From NCBI GenBank assembly GCA_905235205.1, contig CAJOKM010000001.1, forward strand, positions 1 through 63,721: DNA of 63,721 nucleotides, read 5' to 3'. This stretch comes from an uncultured Clostridia bacterium (GTDB lineage Bacteria; Bacillota; Clostridia; Christensenellales; CAG-138). Shown piece after piece: positions 15,013-21,243 of this stretch; position 1 is the first letter of the stretch; every line of letters starts with the position of its first letter. The position numbers and the translations under genes were made by a program. The notes below the pieces were generated by a model that did no database searches, was not told the DNA's origin, and saw nothing but the letters and a program-made list of their open reading frames with translations.

Positions 15013-16602
15013 ATGGCAAAGCATGATACGATCCCGATCGTCGTCGGCGTGACCGGGCATCGGGATCTTCGCCCCGAGGATCGGAACGTTTTATCCGATG
15101 CCGTCAAACAGGAACTGACCGCGCTGCAGAAAAAGTGTCCTCATTCCGAGATTGTCTTGATGAGCAGTCTTGCCGCGGGCGCGGATCAGCTTTGTGCCGA
15201 GGCTGCGCGGGATTGTTCCGTTCCGCTGATTGCCGTTTTGCCGATGGAGCAGCCGGAATATGAACAGGATTTTTCGGGGGAGGAGCTTGTCGCGTTCCGC
15301 TCCATTTTGAGCGCTGCCGCGGATTGCTTTGTCGCACCTCGCACGGAGCAGGCACCGACCGCGCCGGATCGGGACTTTGCGTACCGGCAGGCGGGCATCT
15401 ATGTCGCTTCGCACGCGCACGTACTGCTTGCGCTTTGGGACGGAACCGAATCGCCCGCTTCCGGCTGCGGAACTGCGGCAACAGTGCATTTTGCGTTGGA
15501 CGGCGCATATATACCGGAGCATTCCATCCCGCTCGGCGGCGGCTGTCCCGTGCTGCAGATCCAAACGCCGCGCAACGGCACCGATGCAGTCAACGCCGGA
15601 GACGTGCGTTTTCTCGGCGATCGCGCCGCATTTGAGGAGATTTTGTCGCGAACCGACGAGTTCAACCGCCTTGCCGCAAAAACGTCCTCGTCCGGATCGG
15701 AGCTTTTGCCCGCGGACCGGGAACCGGACGCGCAGCTCGACCGGTTGGAAACGCTGTATGAAAAGGCGGACGCATTGAGCGTTCGCTTTGCAAAACAGTA
15801 CCGGAGGATTCTTGCCGCGCTCGCGGTCGTCAGCACGATCATCACGATCGCATTCCTTCTGTATGATGAAGCCGAACTGCATTGGATGATTCTCGTTTGC
15901 GGTTTTATGCTGCTGTCCGCGTGGCTGATTCAGTACAGCGGAAAACGGATCGCCTGCCATAGACGGTATCTGGAATACCGGACGCTTGCGGAAAGCATGC
16001 GCGTGCAGGCATTTCTGCGGTATGCAGGGAGCAGACTGCCCGTTTCCGGGATCCTGCCGTGGTCGGCGCGTTCGGAGACCGGATGGGTCGCCGCAGCGCT
16101 GAAGACCGGCGCCGTCAGCACGCCGTATCCCATGCACAGCATCCGTGCGCCGTGGGTGGAACAACAGAGGGATTATCACGTCCGCGCCGCGCAAAAGACG
16201 AAGCGCGCGCTGTTCTTCAGCGAGCGCATCGTCAAAGCCGCCCTTTGGATCAGTGTCGCTTTGTATCTGGGCGTTCTGGTATTCGAACTCGTTTGGGGCG
16301 ACCTGCTGCCGTTCGGCACGCATATTGCCGGTGCCGACCGCTATCGAACGCTGTCCAAACTGCTTCTCGGCGGCGTATCCGCGGCAACGCTGTTCATTTC
16401 CAATTATTTCGGGCGGCTGTCTCTCTCCCGCGCCGTTTCGGATCACAACAAAATGAAGCGGTTCTACAGCGCCGTGCTGAATCGACTCGATCGGTACGGT
16501 CAAACGGACGAACTGCTGCGGCAGCTTGCAAGGGAGGAACTGATCGAAAACGGCAGCTGGTGCTCCTACCGGCGCGACAATTCCGCCGAGTTCAGTTTGT
16601 GA
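15013..16602 (+). CDS. SLOG-like (DprA/LOG/YpsA-type Rossmann) domain fused to four TM helices (two SLATT/DUF4231-like 2-TM modules)
   Basis: SD AGGAGAG, 13 nt after the previous stop. N-domain: IPIVVGVTGHRDL, IVLMSSLAAGADQLCAEAA, PLIAVLP, VLLALWDGTESPASGCGTAATV. C-half: ILAALAVVSTIITIAFLLY / WMILVCGFMLLSAWLIQY followed by HRRYLEYRTLAESMRVQAFL. Then AALWISVALYLGVLVFELVW / LLLGGVSAATLFISNYF. Domain names from motif memory. Confidence 0.85.
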   Translation: MAKHDTIPIVVGVTGHRDLRPEDRNVLSDAVKQELTALQKKCPHSEIVLMSSLAAGADQLCAEAARDCSVPLIAVLPMEQPEYEQDFSGEELVAFRSILSAAADCFVAPRTEQAPTAPDRDFAYRQAGIYVASHAHVLLALWDGTESPASGCGTAATVHFALDGAYIPEHSIPLGGGCPVLQIQTPRNGTDAVNAGDVRFLGDRAAFEEILSRTDEFNRLAAKTSSSGSELLPADREPDAQLDRLETLYEKADALSVRFAKQYRRILAALAVVSTIITIAFLLYDEAELHWMILVCGFMLLSAWLIQYSGKRIACHRRYLEYRTLAESMRVQAFLRYAGSRLPVSGILPWSARSETGWVAAALKTGAVSTPYPMHSIRAPWVEQQRDYHVRAAQKTKRALFFSERIVKAALWISVALYLGVLVFELVWGDLLPFGTHIAGADRYRTLSKLLLGGVSAATLFISNYFGRLSLSRAVSDHNKMKRFYSAVLNRLDRYGQTDELLRQLAREELIENGSWCSYRRDNSAEFSL

Positions 16603-16815
16603 AAAAGATTCATACGCCGACGATACCGCGCTGAATGCTGCCGCACCGCTGACAAACGACGAGAAAACGGTCTGATCGATCTTTCTGTTGGAGCGATGCA
16701 TGAAGGAAAAGCTCTGCATACGTTTTCGGGACTGCGTCTGCACACGTCGTACGGATTCGTTTTTTTTACATTGTTTCGGAGATCATTTATCTGTTTTGGC
16801 TTTGGCATATAAACA

Positions 16816-16860
16816 CACCCCATTTGTCAGTGTTACGCCATAGGGCTGACAAATGGGGTG
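16816..16860. terminator. Hairpin between the convergent TIR operon and amylase gene
   Basis: CACCCCATTTGTCAG, 15-nt loop, CTGACAAATGGGGTG (15-bp perfect stem). On the minus strand it is followed by TGTTTATATG. Confidence 0.5.
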
Positions 16861-16903
16861 CAGTTCACAGTTGCGGCAATCCCGTATTTTCTCAGAAAGC
16901 CGG

Positions 16904-19900
16904 TTACGGCTGAAGCGGAAGCGAATCGATCAGCGCAATGACATAGCGCAGGATTGCCGCCGCATCGCCTGCAGTGACCTGTGTGTCACAGTCAACATCT
17001 GCGTTGAGCATGCCGAGCGGCGTGAGCGTCGAGAGCCCGACAATCGAGCGCAGGACCATCGCCGCGTCCGCGGAAGTGATCTTTCCGTCGCAGTTCGCAT
17101 CGCCGTACACGATCGGGATCATCGGAAGCACGACGTCCTTCGTCTGGGCCGTAAACGGCTCCTTCGTGAATACGGCGGTGTAGCGTCCGAGACCGTCCGC
17201 GCCGGGGGAGGGCTCGGTCACGACTTCATAGGTTACCGTACCCGTTTCTGTGACGATATGGCTTTCGTCATTTCTGCAGACGGCGGATGCTTCAACCGTA
17301 TAGCCCGTATCGGTCTCTGCCCATACATAGACGGGTTCGCCGTAATCGTGTCCCGTTGCGCCGAGCGTTTCGGCGACCGTATTTGTAAAGGCCTTTTCGT
17401 GGAAGACGACCGTCGCCGTATGTTTGCGCTCGCCTTCTGTCGTGCAGCCCGGATGAACCGTGATCTCGGTTTCGATCGCGTCGCCCGCGGCTGCAACATC
17501 GATCTTGAACGTTGCGTCATCCTTTGCGGTGAACGTCGCAGTTGCGGACGAATAATCTTCCGCCCACTGCCAGGTCGGCTCATTGTACAGCCGCGCAGAC
17601 TGCGTGTACGTCGCAGTGTAAACGGCGTTTCCGACGGCAGGACTCAACTGAGGGGTCCAACCGCTGAACGTGTAGAGATATGCTTCCGTCGGCGCCTTAA
17701 CCGGAGTTTCTCCGGTGTATACGGGCGTCTCTCCATGCTCCGTTTCCACGCGCAGCAGTTCGGTGCCGTCTTCATTTTGGAAGATGATCACGTAGACAGC
17801 CTTTTTAAACGTTGCGGAAACGGTGACATTGCCTTTCGGCATAACGAACGAAGCAGTGTTGTCATCGTTCAGTGTGACCTCAACCGTGTTCGATCCCTGT
17901 GTGACCGTGACCGTGTCGAGCACATAGCCGGTTTCCGGCTCGAAGGTCAGTGTGACGGTCTCGTTTTCTTCGGCGTAGGGCTTATCCGCCGAGACCGTGC
18001 CGTTCCCGGTTCCGGCGGAAACGGTGACCTGATACATCCGCGCTACCTTGATGTAGTTTGCAAACCATTCGCTTCCGGTGCCCTTGTGCGGGCGGAAGTA
18101 GACGCGATAGCGGCCGCTTGCGGTGATCTCGCCGTGTTCGCCGTAGTTGTTGCCCATGCCGGTCGGGTACCAGGTCGTTGTTGCCGAGCCGTTGGCAGAA
18201 TACACAACCTTGAACTGGCTGGACGTTGTCAGGTTGATTTCATGCTTGTATTCCTCGGGATCGACGCCGATCTTCGTCATCTTATATGCGGAGTTGACGC
18301 TCCAGCCGGTCATGCTGCCGACCAAATAATATCCGGACGCTGCCAGCGGAGAATTCGGATCCACATAGAGACAGTTCTTGAACCAGTCGTCGGGTCCGTC
18401 GTAGCCCGGACGGAAATAGACGCGGTAAACGCCGCCTTCGGTGATCTCGCCGTTCTCGCCGTAGTTCTCCGACGGATCGGGGTACCAGACCGTTTTCTCC
18501 ACGCCGTCATCGGAGTACACGACCTTGAACTGGTCGTTCGTCATCAGTTCAACGTCGAGATAGTATTCGTTCGTGCTGGCGAACTCGTTCTTCGTCAGCA
18601 TGTATTCCGGCTTGAGGCTCCAGCCGTTCATGGTGCCGACGAGGTAGTATCCTTCCGCCTCGATGGGTGTCGCCTCGATCAGTTCAATGTAAATGCAGTT
18701 TTTATACCAGTCGTCCCCGCCGGAATAATCCGGGCGGAAATAGACGTGATAGGTGCCGCGTACGGTAATCTGATCGTCTACGCCGAAGTTGTCCGCCGGA
18801 TCGGGGAACCACTTTGTTTTGGTCTCGCCGTCCGCAGAGTATACGACCTTGAACTCGTCGCCCGTCTTCAGTTCGAGGTCGATGACGTATTCGTTCGCAG
18901 CGGTTCCCTCGTTCTCGGACAGCTTGTAGGCCGGATTGATATTCCAGTCGCTCATCGTACCGACCAGATAATATCCCTCGCCGCCGACAGCGGTCTTTTC
19001 ATACCAGCTCCAGGTGCCGCTTCCGTTCCAGTCGTCTTCCGTGACCGTGAAACAGTTGGTGCCGTTATCCGGATACAGATCGGCCGTCTGGTTCCACCTG
19101 GCGTCCCAGTTGTTCTCGGCGGCGTCCGGATCCATTCGGCAGAAAATCACCTTATTCCATTCGCCCTCGGGAAGTTCCGCTTCATAGACGCCGTCCCCGT
19201 CCTCGTCGGTCATGCCGACCCATTGCTCGTCGAGGCCGGTGTTATAGACGTACATTGCAAAACGGGCGCCGTCCTGTTTCCAGGTTTCGCTCGGTATCAG
19301 ATACAGAGGGGAAACATTGAGACTGTCCGTCGGAGCGTTTTCCGGCGTGTAGATGACGGCAACGCCGCTTGCGCCGACGGTGCCGCTGATGACGCCCTGC
19401 GATACGGTGAACGTGTTCTTCGTGACCTGATCCGTGTAGACGCCGTCCTTCATCCGGTATACAGGCAAACTGACCGCGCCCGCGCCGTTGAGATTTGAAA
19501 TCACGATTCCGTTCGTGCCGCGCTCAATGTATGCAACGTTGCCCGAGGAGGAAAGGTATTCGCTGGTTCCGTCAAAGTGATTCTTGAACTTGTTGATCTC
19601 CGCGACCGAAGGATCCTTCCACGTTTCATCGGTACTCGCCATACCCATCGTCTCGTTCGGTCTTGCCAGGAACAGCGAGGTGGAATCCGCTCTCGCGCCG
19701 ACGATCGCCCATGTCCTGACGATCACTGCGTCGGAGATGCCGGACGAATTATTGTGCATATAGGTGTCGTGCGATTCCGCCCAGAGCACACAGTCCCGCG
19801 GGATCGCTTTTTTCTGATACTGGAAGCTTGCAAGTCCGGAGGCGTTTTTGCTGTTCGCGTTCGAGCGCGCGCTGTCGCCGGTGTCGTTGTCGGTCACGGC

Positions 19901-20749
19901 CATCAGGTCGGTGTAGTTCGAGATCTTCGTACCCGCGCCGCTGAGAACTTCGCCGTAGAAAAACAGCGGATCGCCGCCTTTTTGCGCATTGTACGCGCTG
20001 GCACCGTCAAGTACGTACGGCCAGAAATCGCTGGCGAAGCTTGCGTCGTCTGTAGGAAGCTCGATGTGCTTCGCCGCATCGAAGCGGAAGCCGTCGACGC
20101 CGCAGTCGACGCATTCCTTGAGCAGGTTCAGAACCTGCTGCTGAATATATGCGTTGCCGGTGTTCAGATCGGGCATACCCATATGATACTGCGTCATATT
20201 GAACCGGCTGCTGTCGTTGATGCTCTGCGTGTAAGGATGATAGTATTCCTCGACCTTGAGATCCTCGTCGACCGCTTCGCTCAAATGTGCAAAGGTGCCG
20301 CCCTCGGTATCGTTCGCGAGATGGTTGGCAACGATGTCGACAATGACCTTGATGCCGTATTGATCCGCTTCGGCGCAGAGCGCGGCCAATTCCGCTTTGG
20401 TGCCGAGCCACGACGTGGCGTTCTGCTCTGCGTCAGTCGGCGCAATGCGCAGACCGAGCGGCTGATACATTTTCCACCACTGACCGTCGAGATCCGTCCA
20501 CTCCGGAGAGTAGTCCTTCGGCTGCTGTGCGGGAGAGGTCTGTACGGCGGTATAGCCCGCAGCGGCGATCTCCGGCAAAGCGGCTTTGATCGAACTGTAG
20601 GACCAGTTGAAACAGTGCAGGATCGCACTGCCCTGAATAGTATCCTGCGCATAAGTCGTTGGGGTCGTTTCTGCAGACACGGCGATAGGAAGCAACGCCA
20701 GAAGCATACATAACGCCAGTAAAACGGAAACGCATTTTTTGAATCGCAT
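16904..20749 (-). CDS. Secreted GH13 alpha-amylase with tandem binding-module repeats, Ig-like/Listeria-Bacteroides repeats and a C-terminal type-I dockerin
   Basis: Signal peptide MRFKKCVSVLLALCMLLALLPIAVSA. GH13 motifs DIVANH, GFRFDAAKH, FYGEVL, WAESHD. Three GYYLVG.M..W modules. Dockerin GDANCDGKITSADAAMVLR...NADVDCDTQVTAGDAAAILR. Confidence 0.92.
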   Translation of the reverse strand: MRFKKCVSVLLALCMLLALLPIAVSAETTPTTYAQDTIQGSAILHCFNWSYSSIKAALPEIAAAGYTAVQTSPAQQPKDYSPEWTDLDGQWWKMYQPLGLRIAPTDAEQNATSWLGTKAELAALCAEADQYGIKVIVDIVANHLANDTEGGTFAHLSEAVDEDLKVEEYYHPYTQSINDSSRFNMTQYHMGMPDLNTGNAYIQQQVLNLLKECVDCGVDGFRFDAAKHIELPTDDASFASDFWPYVLDGASAYNAQKGGDPLFFYGEVLSGAGTKISNYTDLMAVTDNDTGDSARSNANSKNASGLASFQYQKKAIPRDCVLWAESHDTYMHNNSSGISDAVIVRTWAIVGARADSTSLFLARPNETMGMASTDETWKDPSVAEINKFKNHFDGTSEYLSSSGNVAYIERGTNGIVISNLNGAGAVSLPVYRMKDGVYTDQVTKNTFTVSQGVISGTVGASGVAVIYTPENAPTDSLNVSPLYLIPSETWKQDGARFAMYVYNTGLDEQWVGMTDEDGDGVYEAELPEGEWNKVIFCRMDPDAAENNWDARWNQTADLYPDNGTNCFTVTEDDWNGSGTWSWYEKTAVGGEGYYLVGTMSDWNINPAYKLSENEGTAANEYVIDLELKTGDEFKVVYSADGETKTKWFPDPADNFGVDDQITVRGTYHVYFRPDYSGGDDWYKNCIYIELIEATPIEAEGYYLVGTMNGWSLKPEYMLTKNEFASTNEYYLDVELMTNDQFKVVYSDDGVEKTVWYPDPSENYGENGEITEGGVYRVYFRPGYDGPDDWFKNCLYVDPNSPLAASGYYLVGSMTGWSVNSAYKMTKIGVDPEEYKHEINLTTSSQFKVVYSANGSATTTWYPTGMGNNYGEHGEITASGRYRVYFRPHKGTGSEWFANYIKVARMYQVTVSAGTGNGTVSADKPYAEENETVTLTFEPETGYVLDTVTVTQGSNTVEVTLNDDNTASFVMPKGNVTVSATFKKAVYVIIFQNEDGTELLRVETEHGETPVYTGETPVKAPTEAYLYTFSGWTPQLSPAVGNAVYTATYTQSARLYNEPTWQWAEDYSSATATFTAKDDATFKIDVAAAGDAIETEITVHPGCTTEGERKHTATVVFHEKAFTNTVAETLGATGHDYGEPVYVWAETDTGYTVEASAVCRNDESHIVTETGTVTYEVVTEPSPGADGLGRYTAVFTKEPFTAQTKDVVLPMIPIVYGDANCDGKITSADAAMVLRSIVGLSTLTPLGMLNADVDCDTQVTAGDAAAILRYVIALIDSLPLQP
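18040..18985 (-). repeat. Three tandem ~105-110-codon modules inside the amylase gene (putative starch-binding beta-sandwich repeats)
   Basis: Each unit starts (E/S)GYYLVG(T/S)M..W. The first two end DDW(Y/F)KNC(I/L)Y(I/V) and the third ends SEWFANYIKV. Boundaries are approximate. Confidence 0.6.
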
Positions 20750-20822
20750 ATGTTTTCCTCCCTGAATCGATTTCCGAAGGATGATCGGCCGCTTGCAAAA
20801 CGACCTCTCTGCCTAACTATAT

Positions 20823-20851
20823 AGTTTAGTATATTTGGTTTCGAATTACAA
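20823..20851 (-). promoter_or_regulatory. Candidate amylase promoter
   Basis: Minus strand: TTGTAA (20851-20846), 17-nt spacer, TAAACT (20828-20823), ~75 nt upstream of the ATG at 20749. Confidence 0.35.
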
Positions 20852-21034
20852 GAGTTTTCACATCTTTGGAGGAAATCTGTTCGGCGTTTATACGCCAAAT
20901 CGCGCATAACGGGCTGTTGTATTCTGTTGTTTGATCATCCGCTGGAAAAGCGTTAGTGGGAGGAAGAGACAGTAAAACAAAGCGTCGCAAAACGTATCTG
21001 TCCAATAAAAGATGCTGAAAAAAACGAAATAATA

Positions 21035-21043
21035 TGTTATACT
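21035..21043 (+). promoter_or_regulatory. Extended -10 element (TGTTATACT), candidate distal cas9 promoter
   Basis: TG-T-TATACT on the plus strand. A transcript from here would run antisense through the whole tracrRNA gene into cas9. Confidence 0.3.
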
Positions 21044-21138
21044 GTATTTACAGGCAAAGAAAAAAGCGGATTCGGAATACTCCGGGTTACCGCCATACCC
21101 TACGGCATAAAGCCTTATCTCAGGTCTCTGATGGATGT

Positions 21139-21147
21139 TGATAAACT
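21139..21147 (+). promoter_or_regulatory. Repeat-derived extended -10 element (TGATAAACT), candidate proximal cas9 promoter
   Basis: Same TG-n-TAAACT element as in every CRISPR repeat. It lies on the plus strand, ~100 nt upstream of the cas9 ATG. Confidence 0.25.
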
Positions 21148-21164
21148 GATAAGTCAACATTGAT

Positions 21165-21190
21165 TGGTTTGATGGATGTTGATAAACCGA
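21165..21190 (-). repeat. Second, degenerate anti-repeat-like copy upstream (5') of the functional anti-repeat
   Basis: 21170-21187 (TGATGGATGTTGATAAAC) is identical to repeat positions 13-30. The flanks are diverged and it lacks the part complementary to the repeat 5' end. Confidence 0.8.
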
Positions 21191-21212
21191 CATCATCCCT
21201 GAGCACAGAATC

Positions 21213-21241
21213 ACTATACCACAGAAACAGTAAGGAGTCAA
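21213..21241 (-). promoter_or_regulatory. Strong sigma70-type promoter for tracrRNA, overlapping the cas9 SD
   Basis: Minus strand: TTGACT (21241-21236), 17-nt spacer, TATAGT (21218-21213), with an upstream TG (extended -10 TGGTATAGT). The -35 overlaps the cas9 SD AAGGAG (21232-21237). Confidence 0.65.
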
Positions 21242-21243
21242 GT

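Larger units (their letters stand above)
21058..21206 (-). ncRNA. tracrRNA: tracrRNA (primary transcript ~145-150 nt predicted; core anti-repeat 21117-21152, nexus, terminator)
   Basis: Minus strand reads UUAUCAGUUUAUCAACAUCCAUCAGAGACCUGAGAU-AAGGCUUUAUGCCG-UAGGGUAU-GGCGGUAACCCGGAGUAUUCCGAAUCCGC-UUUUUU. The anti-repeat DNA is 30/36 identical to the CRISPR repeat, and 4 of the 6 differences become G:U wobbles. AAGGC..GCCG is the canonical nexus position (compare Spy AAGGCUAGUCCG). A GC-rich interrupted hairpin plus U6 forms the terminator. The 5' end is inferred from the promoter at 21213-21241. Confidence 0.85.

Noticed and set aside
7029-16602. Calling the operon a canonical Thoeris system
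   Set aside because: There is no SIR2-SLOG or Macro-type ThsA. The TIR proteins are membrane-anchored LRR proteins rather than small soluble ThsB. There is also an additional HD-RyR gene. The logic is Thoeris-like but the architecture is different, so it is reported as a candidate new system instead.
15091-16743. 550-aa minus-strand ORF antisense to the SLOG-4TM gene
   Set aside because: Same reasoning: Arg/Gly/Pro-rich shadow ORF. The plus-strand frame has an SD, a Rossmann pattern and four TM helices.
16760-16767. T8 tract ~160 nt after the SLOG-4TM gene as its intrinsic terminator
   Set aside because: I could not find a convincing GC-rich stem immediately upstream of the T-run.
16853-19498. 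881-aa plus-strand ORF antisense to the amylase gene
   Set aside because: Arg/Val/Gly-rich with no motifs. The minus-strand frame encodes an unmistakable GH13-dockerin protein.
21122-21190. The two repeat-like units upstream of cas9 as a second mini CRISPR array
   Set aside because: The units are only 41 nt apart (a 13-17-nt 'spacer') and the second is truncated. The first is followed on the minus strand by a nexus and terminator, so it is the tracrRNA anti-repeat.
21160-21243. N-terminal 28-codon extension of the cas9 ORF (listed start 21160)
   Set aside because: It uses a non-ATG start inside the tracrRNA/anti-repeat region. A strong SD (AAGGAG) precedes the ATG at 21244, and the RuvC-I motif follows immediately.
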